A DNA stretch of 64,000 nucleotides from Candidatus Caldarchaeum sp. (lineage in GTDB: Archaea; Thermoproteota; Nitrososphaeria_A; Caldarchaeales; Caldarchaeaceae), in assembly GCA_038831915.1 (NCBI GenBank), contig JAWBKB010000002.1:64001-128000 (forward strand), read 5' to 3'. Positions 8,354 to 17,324 of the stretch are shown here, in pieces. Position 1 is the stretch's first letter. Each line of letters begins with the position of its first letter. Under the pieces are notes generated by a model, which worked only from the letters and a program-made list of their open reading frames with translations, had not been told where the DNA came from and made no database searches. The position numbers were made by a program, and so were the translations under genes.

Positions 8354-10228
8354 TTGCCGAAATCCAGAGAAGTTGGCTACCGGAGAGAGGTCGGCTGGTT
8401 TGGTTCATTCGCCCTCGGATACGGCGACGTAGGCCCAAACATTTTCATCGCGTTGGGTGTCATCACATTTTTCGCGGGAGGAGCCGCCCCCATCGCGTTT
8501 GCTTTAGCGGCTTTTCTCTACGCCATTATCGGGCTGATATACGCTGAACTCGCGCCGACATATCCATACGCTGGCGGCGTTCAGGTCTATGCGGTCAAAG
8601 CCTACAACAGCTTTGTAGGATTCGTCGCAGGATGGGCTATGCTTCTCGCCTACATCCTCTGCATATCGCTTTTCGCCGTTGCCGCCGCCGGATATCTTCG
8701 CCAACTTTTTCCCGTTCTGATTTTCCCCGACCTGGAGTTCTTCGGGCTGACGGGCTCGTCGCTGGGGCTTCTAGCGGGTCTTCTCGCTAGCCTGCTTGTT
8801 TTCCTCAACATCGTTGGGATTAAATATTCTTCTTTCATGGTTTCTGCTCTTGTCTTCGTTGGTTTGTTCATCGAAGCCGTCACGTTATCCGCAGGGTTTC
8901 TGCTAAAATTTGACCCCGATTTGTTTCTCCAGCAAATCACCGTCTTCGGCAGCGATGTCGTGCACAGAGACGTTGCGTACGCACCGTTCTTCACAACCCA
9001 AATCAACAACTTTCTCTACGCCATAACTTTGGCGATGGCCTCGTTTGTAGGCATAGAATCAATAGCACAGGCCGCTGAAGAGACCCGGAGGCCTCACTTC
9101 TCCCTGCCGAAAGCCGCAAAACTCGTGGTCGCGGTCGTAGCGTTTTCAGCCATCGCTTTCCCGGTCCTATCAATCGGTTCGATGAAATGGCAAGACCTCG
9201 CAGCCGCCTATGAAAACCCTGTCTACACACTGGTGAGCACGTATCCCTACGTGTCCGAAATTTTGATGCCCATGGTCGGCGTCGCCGCTTTCATCCTTTG
9301 CTATTCTTCGTCAAACACAGGGTTGGTGGGGGTTTCAAGGCTTACCGCGAGCATGGCAAGGTTCCGGCTCCTGCCCTCTTGGATACGCGTGATTCATCCA
9401 AAATTCAGGACACCCGTACGTGCTATCATTTTCTTCGGGCTGTTAGGTGTGCTACTTTCGTTTCTCGGCGATATCCCGTTTCTCGCAAGTGTATACGCTT
9501 TCGCGGCCGTCATCAGCTATGTCATCCTGTTGGCAACATTTTTCAGGCTCAAGAAGCTCGAGGAAAAAGTATATACTCCGTGGAAAATGCCTTTCACGGT
9601 CAAAATCGGGACACGCGAAATTCCGCTACCCGCCGTCGTTGGCTTGATAGGGCTGTCGGCTGTGCTGTTTCTCATGGGCCTTTTCCACGCTTCGGGAAGA
9701 ATTGCCATCATCCTGTGGATGGCTTTCGGAATATTGTTCTATGTTGCTTATAGGAGGTCAGCTGGATGCGAGCTGCTAAGCACCGACGAAGCCGCCCTCA
9801 TCGAGCCGCTCAGCTACCGGATGAAAGTCGGAGTATTGGTCAGGCCTTATGAAAACATGGAAACCGCCTACAAATCGATCACTCACGCTTTCGACAGACG
9901 TTTTGACATCAGCCTGGTAAGCATAGTTGAACCACATACAAACATGGGTGGAGACCTTTCCATAATCAAGGCCGAAGTCAGCAAAGACCTCCACACGCTT
10001 TGCAAAACCTTGAGAAAAGAGAAATATGTAGCCGATCACGTGGTTGAAATCGGTGATTTCGAGAAGAAGGTTTCGCAGATGCTGGATCAAGGAAGGTTCG
10101 ACCTCGTCGCTTATATTCAAAGGCGGGCTGAAAAATCGACCTTTGAGAAGGGGCATGAAAAGAACATACACAACCTTTTAACCAGGTATCCGGGACGTGT
10201 GTTGTCGTTGAAGAGGGTTGGTGAATGA
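8354..10228 (+). CDS. APC family amino acid permease with C-terminal USP-like domain
   Basis: YAELxxxYPxAGG, FVGIESIAQAAEE, HPKFRTP, about 12 TM segments, soluble C-terminal domain. Confidence 0.9.
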   Translation: MPKSREVGYRREVGWFGSFALGYGDVGPNIFIALGVITFFAGGAAPIAFALAAFLYAIIGLIYAELAPTYPYAGGVQVYAVKAYNSFVGFVAGWAMLLAYILCISLFAVAAAGYLRQLFPVLIFPDLEFFGLTGSSLGLLAGLLASLLVFLNIVGIKYSSFMVSALVFVGLFIEAVTLSAGFLLKFDPDLFLQQITVFGSDVVHRDVAYAPFFTTQINNFLYAITLAMASFVGIESIAQAAEETRRPHFSLPKAAKLVVAVVAFSAIAFPVLSIGSMKWQDLAAAYENPVYTLVSTYPYVSEILMPMVGVAAFILCYSSSNTGLVGVSRLTASMARFRLLPSWIRVIHPKFRTPVRAIIFFGLLGVLLSFLGDIPFLASVYAFAAVISYVILLATFFRLKKLEEKVYTPWKMPFTVKIGTREIPLPAVVGLIGLSAVLFLMGLFHASGRIAIILWMAFGILFYVAYRRSAGCELLSTDEAALIEPLSYRMKVGVLVRPYENMETAYKSITHAFDRRFDISLVSIVEPHTNMGGDLSIIKAEVSKDLHTLCKTLRKEKYVADHVVEIGDFEKKVSQMLDQGRFDLVAYIQRRAEKSTFEKGHEKNIHNLLTRYPGRVLSLKRVGE

Positions 10229-10500
10229 CAGCTCCAGCGGTGAGGGCGATAATTCACATTTTCGCGGAAAGCAACAGCATCGAAAAAGTGGCGAAGCAAG
10301 TCAGCAAACTCCCTGAAGTTGTCGACGTCTACGAGGTGACCGGAGAATTCGACCTAATTCTGTTTGTTAACACAAAGGACATAAACGCCTTCAGAGATTT
10401 TTTGAAAAATAAAATTTTGACCGTGGAGGGAATAAAAAGCACTGTGACGAGTATAGTCTTGTACACTCACAAAAAAGAGGGAGAGGAGACAGGAGAGTAG
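10225..10500 (+). CDS. stand-alone Lrp/AsnC ligand-binding (RAM) domain protein
   Basis: LPEVVDVYEVTGEFDL...GIKSTVTSIV; no HTH. Confidence 0.9.
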   Translation: MTAPAVRAIIHIFAESNSIEKVAKQVSKLPEVVDVYEVTGEFDLILFVNTKDINAFRDFLKNKILTVEGIKSTVTSIVLYTHKKEGEETGE

Positions 10501-10620
10501 CTAAAACTCCTCTTCTTCCTCCCACTCTTCTTCTTCGAAATCTTCTTCCTCCCATTCTTCCTCGAATTCTTCCTCTTCTTCCTCAGCCCAGTAAACTCTT
10601 TCGCCCAACATTTTGGTCAC
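10501..10620 (-). CDS. unlisted Glu-rich acidic microprotein (36-39 aa)
   Basis: (MTK)MLGERVYWAEEEEEEFEEEWEEEDFEEEEWEEEEEF*; GTG 10620 or ATG 10611; BRE/TATA-like GAAAAACCTTAAAG about 26 nt upstream. Confidence 0.7.
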   Translation of the reverse strand: MTKMLGERVYWAEEEEEEFEEEWEEEDFEEEEWEEEEEF

Positions 10621-10645
10621 GCGGCGAATAGACACGGCGGCTTTG

Positions 10646-10659
10646 CTTTAAGGTTTTTC
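10646..10659 (-). promoter_or_regulatory. BRE/TATA-like promoter for the acidic microprotein
   Basis: Minus strand GAAAAA-CCTTAAAG at archaeal spacing from GTG 10620. Confidence 0.5.
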
Positions 10660-10702
10660 GGTCTCCTGATAAGCATATTAGGAGATTAACACATAGTAAA
10701 GC

Positions 10703-10761
10703 GGGGGATGAGGCCGCTGCCCCAGACTGAAACATGATGCAGGAAGAGCCGAGCCGACCCC
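10703..10761 (+). ncRNA. box C/D methylation guide sRNA
   Basis: GGGG/CCCC ends, C box GGGATGA 10705-10711, D' CTGA 10727-10730, C' ATGATG 10734-10739, D CCGA 10754-10757; both guides complementary to conserved 23S rRNA segments. Confidence 0.8.
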
Positions 10762-10831
10762 TAAAAATCCTCTCACACATGGGGTTTGCACGCCGTCCGG
10801 AAAGGTGCGAAGCTTTTTCGGCGATGTGTTG

Positions 10832-11119
10832 TTAAGAAATCCTGAAGTTCTCCTCAAGAAACTTGTAGGTAGAATCGTCGCATACTAGCCGGAATGTTGG
10901 AACACCTTCGATCTTAATCTTCCCATCTATAACTAGGGTGGGAACAGCTCTTATCCTGTATCTTTTAACAAGGTCCTCTACTTTAGGAAAATCTTTCGAC
11001 AAGTCAAACACCTCTAGCTTGCAACCGGCGCATTTTCCCACCTCAACGATGTTGGCCATCTGCCTGCAGAGCGGGCATCCTCCGACGAAGAGCTGCAGGG
11101 AGTGGTGCATAAGCCCCAC
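10832..11119 (-). CDS. thioredoxin/glutaredoxin-like protein
   Basis: CPLC active-site motif, YRIRAVPTLVIDG cis-Pro motif. Confidence 0.85.
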   Translation of the reverse strand: MGLMHHSLQLFVGGCPLCRQMANIVEVGKCAGCKLEVFDLSKDFPKVEDLVKRYRIRAVPTLVIDGKIKIEGVPTFRLVCDDSTYKFLEENFRIS

Positions 11120-11151
11120 AGACCGGCAGCCTTTTTAAAACCTTTACCTGT

Positions 11152-12393
11152 CTACAGGGTCGGCGGGTAATGGACCCAAACCTTCGAGCCTTCTGTAATT
11201 TCTTTAACGCCTGGCATTCCTATTATGAAGCCGTCGGATCGGGAAGGTATGCTCATTCCGCTCGACTCTCCGTAGTTGGGAACGCAGAAAACCTTGTCAT
11301 CCCTCTCCTTCACTGAAACCCATACAACTTTTACGAAATCATGATATTTTCTGAAACGCACCGTCTCCGTCAACTCGGCCTTTAGTCTGTGATGGTAGAA
11401 AAGCGGCTGCTGATGAAGTAATCTGCGGATGGCAGGGTAGGCTAAAAACATGAAGACGTTGAGGGTCGACATAATTAAGCCCGGCAGAAGTATCAGAGGC
11501 TTTTCGCCGATGAAGCCGAAACCGCCGACTCGTCCCGGCTGAAGTTTAAGGCCGTGAACAAAAGCACCGGTCGACTGTTTCGACGTGAAGATGGACGAAA
11601 CATCTTTTTCACTTATTGATGACCCTGCGATAGATAAGAACATGTGAACCTGATTGTAGTGGTTCTGCACCGTCTCCTGTAGAGCTATTGGGTCGTCGCG
11701 AATAATGCCGAGGAAAATGAATTGTCCGCCACATGATTGGACGAGTTTTTTGACGAGATGAGTGTGGGTGTTCAGAACTTTTCCTCTACGTGTTTCCCCG
11801 AAGTCGTCCGTCAGCTCGTCCCCAACAGCTAATACACCAACCCGTGGCTTCACGAAGACCTCGATGCTCCCGACTCCCATAGATGCGAGAAGTACGGCAT
11901 CGGCCATTTTGAGCCTATGACCCTCTTCAAACAACGTTTGCCCGCGTTTGACGTCAAATCCCTTCAAGTCGACGTATTGGTAAGGTGTAACAGGAGAAGT
12001 GAAAATAACTTGGTCTCCTTCGACCGTGACTTCCTCTTGTGGAACTACTGCGTCAGCTCCTTCTGGTAGGTAGGCCCCTGTCAAAATCCTCGCCGTGGTA
12101 CCCGGTGTGAGACGTAGATAGGGAGGCTGGCCGGGCGTACATGTCGCAATATTTTTGAGTGAAATTGGGCTGTGTAGCGAAGCAGTTTGTAGGTCTGCGC
12201 TTCGAACAGCAAATCCATCCATGTGGGATGAATCATACGGTGGCAGGTCTGTCGGCGCGATGAAAGGTTCACACAGCACCCTTTCCGCAGATTCAAAAAC
12301 GTGAACTCTTTCTTTTTCCACCAACGGCTTGATGTTTGAGACCAACAGTTTTTGAGCTTCCCAGATGTCGAAAAATTGATTTATCCGCCGCAA
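11152..12393 (-). CDS. moeA: molybdopterin molybdotransferase MoeA
   Basis: PPYDSSHMDGFAV, ILTGAYLPEGADAVVPQE, GDEL, LPG. Confidence 0.93.
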   Translation of the reverse strand: MRRINQFFDIWEAQKLLVSNIKPLVEKERVHVFESAERVLCEPFIAPTDLPPYDSSHMDGFAVRSADLQTASLHSPISLKNIATCTPGQPPYLRLTPGTTARILTGAYLPEGADAVVPQEEVTVEGDQVIFTSPVTPYQYVDLKGFDVKRGQTLFEEGHRLKMADAVLLASMGVGSIEVFVKPRVGVLAVGDELTDDFGETRRGKVLNTHTHLVKKLVQSCGGQFIFLGIIRDDPIALQETVQNHYNQVHMFLSIAGSSISEKDVSSIFTSKQSTGAFVHGLKLQPGRVGGFGFIGEKPLILLPGLIMSTLNVFMFLAYPAIRRLLHQQPLFYHHRLKAELTETVRFRKYHDFVKVVWVSVKERDDKVFCVPNYGESSGMSIPSRSDGFIIGMPGVKEITEGSKVWVHYPPTL

Positions 12394-12446
12394 CCCGTTT
12401 TGAGAACGATTAGCTTATATTTTAGCGAGACTGTTTCAACAACAGA

Positions 12447-13298
12447 TTGGACAAGTTAACTTTCTACACAAAAGTAGCTGAACTCATCGCACAGCAGAAA
12501 AAATTCTGCATAGCCACCGTAGTTAAGACCGTCGGACATACTTCGGGAAAAATTGGCTCGAAAGCCATAATCCTTGAAGACGGTAAAGGTCTTTTTGGAT
12601 GGGTTGGCGGAGGATGTGTAGAAACAACCGTTTTACACGAAGCGCTCAAAACAATAAAAGAGGGAAGGAGCCGTACAATTTACCTCGAGATGGAAGATGA
12701 GTTACGTGGGACGGGTGTCCCATGCGGCGGCTCGATGGAAGTTCACCTTGAACCGGTTTTGCCAAAGAAAAAACTCGTCCTCGTAGGTCATGGTGGAATA
12801 GTTGAAAACCTCGCAAAAATTGGCAAAATTCTCGACTACAAAGTAATAGTGGCCGACCCAGACGGCATGTTCAAAGACCCATCATCGGTCGACCAATATG
12901 TCACAGACCCTGACTTGGAGGGGGTGGAAATCGACTCGAACACGGCCGTCATCGTCTCGACGATGCATAAATTGGACCACAAATACCTCAAAATCGCTTT
13001 AGATAAAGGAGCGAAATACATAGGTTTGATTGCGAGCGCCAAACGTTCAGGCATTGTTTTTGAAACTCTTTTGAGGATAGGTGTGCCCGAAGAGCAGGTT
13101 AGGCTAATCTCTTCTCCCGCGGGACTTGACATAGGAGCTGAAAAACCGGAGGAAATCGCGCTGAGCATCTTCGCCGAAATAATCAGCTTTGAAAAAGGCG
13201 GAACCGGGAAACGTCTAGCAGAGGTGAAGGCTTCACAGAAAGATTTGCGTGAAATCGTTTCGGAGGCTACTGGCGAACGAGTCGGGCCGGTCTGCTGA
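12447..13298 (+). CDS. XdhC/CoxF-CoxI family Moco chaperone
   Basis: GWVGGGCVE, PCGGSMEV, YIGLIAS, PAGLDIGAEKPEEIALSI. Confidence 0.93.
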   Translation: MDKLTFYTKVAELIAQQKKFCIATVVKTVGHTSGKIGSKAIILEDGKGLFGWVGGGCVETTVLHEALKTIKEGRSRTIYLEMEDELRGTGVPCGGSMEVHLEPVLPKKKLVLVGHGGIVENLAKIGKILDYKVIVADPDGMFKDPSSVDQYVTDPDLEGVEIDSNTAVIVSTMHKLDHKYLKIALDKGAKYIGLIASAKRSGIVFETLLRIGVPEEQVRLISSPAGLDIGAEKPEEIALSIFAEIISFEKGGTGKRLAEVKASQKDLREIVSEATGERVGPVC

Positions 13299-14418
13299 CA
13301 GGTCTCTTGGCCATAGGTTCGAGCGCAGAACCAAAGTAGGTTTTAAATGCATTAAGGCTCCGGAGTGCACTCATTCCAGCTAACACATCAATGTAAGGCA
13401 TGGCTGTTTCCATTCCAATGGTTCTCGGCTTGAACCCGGGCTTGTCGGCGTGAGGATTAATCCAAACAATTCTACCAACCATAGCTTTCAAATTCTTCAT
13501 CGACTTGTCGAGGACTTCTGGCTCACCTGTGTCCCATCCATCACTAACTATGAGTGCGACCGTTCCCTTCCCGACCAATCCACGATGTTTCTCTATGAAT
13601 GATGCAAGACAACTTCCAATCCTGGTTCCGCTTCCCCAAATGTTCACTTCGCGGGAAATCAGCTCCGCGGCTTTTTTCGGCCCGAAATACTTCAAGAGCG
13701 AACTCACTTTCATGAGTTTGGTGCTGAATACGAATACTTCTACTGCTACACCTTGTCTTGCCAGAGCATACATCGACTGCATTAAAAACTCAGTGTAAGT
13801 ATCCATGGACCCGCTGACGTCAAATATCGCCACGAGCTTGCATCGCGTTACTTTTCGTTTCTTCCGAAGAACTTTTAGAAATTCGCCATGTGTTCGAAGA
13901 CTTTGACGAATCGTTTCGCCAAAATCGACAGCGCCCTTGCTACTTCTTTCGAAACGGCGGCCTGGGAGGAGAGCCATTCTCCGCCGAAACCTTTTCATGA
14001 TTCGTTTGCTTTCACGGAGAAAAGCTAGCGTCGGCGTGGGAAATTCTCTTCTCATTAGCACTTCGACAGGACTATAGTAAACAGTGGTTTGTTTCTGACT
14101 ATCGGTGTTCGTCTCGCGGCTATAGCTCTTGCTGACTGTAGATGCCTTCTCTTGCCCCTCTTTCTTCTCATCTTCACGCTCCATCGGCTGCCTTTGTCTT
14201 AATAGTTCATCGAAAATTCTGTCGAAAATTTCATAGTCTTCAAGCCGCTTGATCATACAGATCCTGAGAACCTGTTTCAGATGTTCTACTGATTTGATGG
14301 TTGTTAGCCCGACAGCTCTATAAGCGTCGATGTTCTCTGAGGTTCCACACTTAACCCCATGTAATCGCAGCCTTCGTGAAATCTCTGTAACCAAAAACAG
14401 CATATGTGTCGTTGACAT
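13267..14418 (-). CDS. coxE: CoxE-like VWA domain protein
   Basis: DVSGSMD MIDAS motif, GSGTRIG, SDGWDTG, WINP. Confidence 0.9.
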   Translation of the reverse strand: MSTTHMLFLVTEISRRLRLHGVKCGTSENIDAYRAVGLTTIKSVEHLKQVLRICMIKRLEDYEIFDRIFDELLRQRQPMEREDEKKEGQEKASTVSKSYSRETNTDSQKQTTVYYSPVEVLMRREFPTPTLAFLRESKRIMKRFRRRMALLPGRRFERSSKGAVDFGETIRQSLRTHGEFLKVLRKKRKVTRCKLVAIFDVSGSMDTYTEFLMQSMYALARQGVAVEVFVFSTKLMKVSSLLKYFGPKKAAELISREVNIWGSGTRIGSCLASFIEKHRGLVGKGTVALIVSDGWDTGEPEVLDKSMKNLKAMVGRIVWINPHADKPGFKPRTIGMETAMPYIDVLAGMSALRSLNAFKTYFGSALEPMAKRPVSRPARLVRQ

Positions 14419-14420
14419 TT

Positions 14421-15293
14421 CTAAACGAGTCCGAGGTCTTTGACGACCTTCAAGTCGTCTTCGTTTTTAATGAGACAAGTAAGCGTAGATGAAAGTATAG
14501 ACGGCGTTATTTCGCGTGCCCTGAGAACCGTTAAGGCATTCGCCCAGTCAAGAGTTTCGGAAATCCCGGGCTTCTTAGTCAACTCATTTACTTGCCTCAG
14601 TTTCTGGACAAACGCTACCACTTCGTCAGCGAGTTTGGTGGACATGTTGGGAACCTTTAGCGAAAGAATTCTACGTTCCTTTTCAGGCGAAGGATAGGTG
14701 ACATAGAGATAAAGACATCTTCGTCTTAGACCGTCCCCGACTTCGCGCGTCCTGTTAGAAGTAATTATGACAACAGGCTTTTTCTTCGCTTTAATAGTTC
14801 CAAGTTCGGGAATTGTGACCTGAAATTCAGCCAGAAACTCAAGAAGAAATCCTTCGAACTCTTCGTCGCTTCGGTCTATTTCATCGATGAGCAGAACCGG
14901 CGGGTTTGGGCCTTCGTACAGCAAGGCCGCCAACAAAGGCCTTTTCAAAAGATATTTTTCGCTGAAAATTTCTTCACTTATTTCGTCGACTGACTTCCTG
15001 TCTTCGAGCAGACGGATATTTATCAATTGTCGCGGATAGTCCCATTCGTAGAGAGCTTGCGAAGCAGTTATTCCTTCGTAACACTGAAGCCTTATCAGCT
15101 CTGTGTCGAGAAGCTTCGCCAGCACTTTTGCGACTTCGGTTTTACCGCAGCCAGGCTCCCCCTCGATGAGTAAAGGTTTTTCCAATTTCAGAGCCAAATA
15201 AACAGCAAGAGCAAGAGGCTCATCAGCTACGTAGAGCTCCTTCTCCATCTCTTTGACCAACATTTCAGGTGTCAGGTCCGATGTCAACAACAT
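14421..15293 (-). CDS. coxD: CoxD-like MoxR family AAA+ ATPase
   Basis: Walker A GEPGCGKT, RLQCYEG, LLIDEID, TSNRTR. Confidence 0.92.
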   Translation of the reverse strand: MLLTSDLTPEMLVKEMEKELYVADEPLALAVYLALKLEKPLLIEGEPGCGKTEVAKVLAKLLDTELIRLQCYEGITASQALYEWDYPRQLINIRLLEDRKSVDEISEEIFSEKYLLKRPLLAALLYEGPNPPVLLIDEIDRSDEEFEGFLLEFLAEFQVTIPELGTIKAKKKPVVIITSNRTREVGDGLRRRCLYLYVTYPSPEKERRILSLKVPNMSTKLADEVVAFVQKLRQVNELTKKPGISETLDWANALTVLRAREITPSILSSTLTCLIKNEDDLKVVKDLGLV

Positions 15294-15385
15294 CTTTACG
15301 GTGTTATCCGGATTTTATTAAACTATGTCCAACTTAACGTGAATTACTAAAAATTTTTAAAGAAGCCCAATCCCTACACCAATCG

Positions 15386-16261
15386 ATGATTCCAAGGCAA
15401 TTTGAATACTTCGCCCCTACGACCCTTGCTCAGGCAGTTGCTCTATTGAGGAAATATAAAGAGGATGCGAAAATTCTCAGCGGCGGTATGAGCCTCATTC
15501 CGATGATGAAGCTCCGCCTTCTTTCTCCTCAGTACATTATCGATATTAACCACATCAAAGGGCTCAATTACATCAAGGACACTGGTAAGTCGGTTCGAAT
15601 CGGTGCGTTGGTCCGACATGCTGACATCGAACATTCGCCCATCTTCAAGCAGAAGTTTCCGATGATGGTGGACGCAGCGGCTCATATTGCTGACATGCAG
15701 GTTAGGAATTTGGGGACCTTCTGCGGAGCACTTGCTCACGCCGATCCAGCTGCCGACTGGCCTGCATCAGCTCTCGCTCTCGATGCCGAACTAGTGGCCA
15801 AAGGCACGTCAAAAAGAATCATAAAGGCAACGAAATTCTTCAAAGGCCCCTTTGAAACCGCTCTGAAGCCGACCGAGATATTGGTCGAAGCAGTCCTCCC
15901 AGTTCCGAAAGGTGCCAAAGTAGGTCAAGCCTATCTTAAATTTGAACGAAAGGCCGGTGACTACGCCATCGTCGGCGTTGCGTCATCAGTCGTTTTAAAC
16001 GAAGAAAACGAAATCGAAAAAGCGGCTATTGCGTTGACCGCAGTCAACCCGTATCCATTCAGGGCGACCGATGCAGAAGAAATTCTCATCGGGCAGAAAC
16101 CAACAAAGGAACTCATTGAGCAGGCGGCCAAAACGGCTTCCGCGATGTCAGACCCATCGTCAGACCTCCGGGGCTCTGCTGAATACAAGAAAGAGATGGC
16201 GAAAGTTTTTACTCGAAGGTCCTTATATAGGGCTTTAGAACGTGTTGGAATAGCTTTGTAG
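15386..16261 (+). CDS. coxM: CO/xanthine dehydrogenase-family FAD subunit (CoxM/CutM)
   Basis: MIPRQFEYFAP, GGMSLIPMMKLR, VRNLGTFCG, AHADPAAD, DLRGSAEYK. Confidence 0.93.
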   Translation: MIPRQFEYFAPTTLAQAVALLRKYKEDAKILSGGMSLIPMMKLRLLSPQYIIDINHIKGLNYIKDTGKSVRIGALVRHADIEHSPIFKQKFPMMVDAAAHIADMQVRNLGTFCGALAHADPAADWPASALALDAELVAKGTSKRIIKATKFFKGPFETALKPTEILVEAVLPVPKGAKVGQAYLKFERKAGDYAIVGVASSVVLNEENEIEKAAIALTAVNPYPFRATDAEEILIGQKPTKELIEQAAKTASAMSDPSSDLRGSAEYKKEMAKVFTRRSLYRALERVGIAL

Positions 16262-16271
16262 GTGATGGTGT

Positions 16272-16811
16272 ATGCCCGCGAAGAAAACTAAACAGCCCGT
16301 TTCTCCGAAGAAGCAGGTCACCATAGAAATCAACGGGACAAAGTATTCCTACGAAGTTGAGCCGAGGCTTTTGCTAGTGCATTTTATACGTGAATTTGCA
16401 GGGCTCACCGGAACCCATATTGGCTGTGACACAACCAACTGTGGTGCATGCACGATTTTGATGGAAATGGATGGGAAGTGGAAGGCAATCAAATCCTGCA
16501 CATATTTCGCCGTCCAGGCTAACGGTAAGAGAATTATCACAATCGAGGGCATGGCGAAGGGTGAGGAGCTTCATCCCCTTCAGAAAGCTTTCTGGGAGAA
16601 CCATGGTCTACAATGTGGTTACTGCACTCCCGGTATGATTATGGCGGCTGCTGGATTTCTGATGATTAACCCGAACCCGACTGAGGAAGAAGTGCGACAT
16701 GGCATATCTGGCAACCTATGCAGATGCACCGGATACGTGAACATTGTAAAATCCATACTCGCTGCCGCTGAAGAGATAAGAGCTTCGGGCAAACCCGTTA
16801 TAGAGGTTTAA
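16272..16811 (+). CDS. coxS: CO/xanthine dehydrogenase-family 2x[2Fe-2S] subunit (CoxS/CutS)
   Basis: [26 protein letters not shown]. Confidence 0.95.
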   Translation: MPAKKTKQPVSPKKQVTIEINGTKYSYEVEPRLLLVHFIREFAGLTGTHIGCDTTNCGACTILMEMDGKWKAIKSCTYFAVQANGKRIITIEGMAKGEELHPLQKAFWENHGLQCGYCTPGMIMAAAGFLMINPNPTEEEVRHGISGNLCRCTGYVNIVKSILAAAEEIRASGKPVIEV

Positions 16812-16816
16812 GTTTC

Positions 16817-17272
16817 ATGAAGCTTTCCGACAAATTTGTAGTCGCGGCCGACAGAGCGGCTGTTTTCAAATTCGTGACAGATCCCGACAGCTTCATCAAG
16901 CTCATACCTGACCTGCAGAAGTACGAGAAGGTGGACGACCGCAACTTCAAAGTTGTTTTCAAGATCGGGCTTGGAATGATCAAGGGAACGCTCAACATGG
17001 CGTTTAAGCTGGAGGAAGTTAAAGAGCCTGAATTCGTCAAAGTGGTTGGTCGTGGTTCGGGGCTTCAGTCTACGGCCGACCTTGTCCTCAACCTTTCTTT
17101 AAATCAGGCTGACGGTGGCACCGAGGTCTCCTGGGACGCCGACATAGTCGTCGGAGGACTTGTAGCAAGCGTCGGTAGCCGGCTCCTCGAATCCACCACA
17201 AAAACGAAGGTCAGGGAAATTGTCGAAGGTTTAAAACGAGAGCTGGAAGGCGGGAAAAAGAAGAAGAAATAG
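16817..17272 (+). CDS. coxG: CoxG/SRPBCC family protein
   Basis: SRPBCC pattern (GTEVSW, VGGLVASVGSRLL) directly after coxS. Confidence 0.88.
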   Translation: MKLSDKFVVAADRAAVFKFVTDPDSFIKLIPDLQKYEKVDDRNFKVVFKIGLGMIKGTLNMAFKLEEVKEPEFVKVVGRGSGLQSTADLVLNLSLNQADGGTEVSWDADIVVGGLVASVGSRLLESTTKTKVREIVEGLKRELEGGKKKKK

Positions 17273-17324
17273 ATATTCCACATATCTTTAAAGCCGACAT
17301 AAATTCGTATGGGTTGGATAAGAT

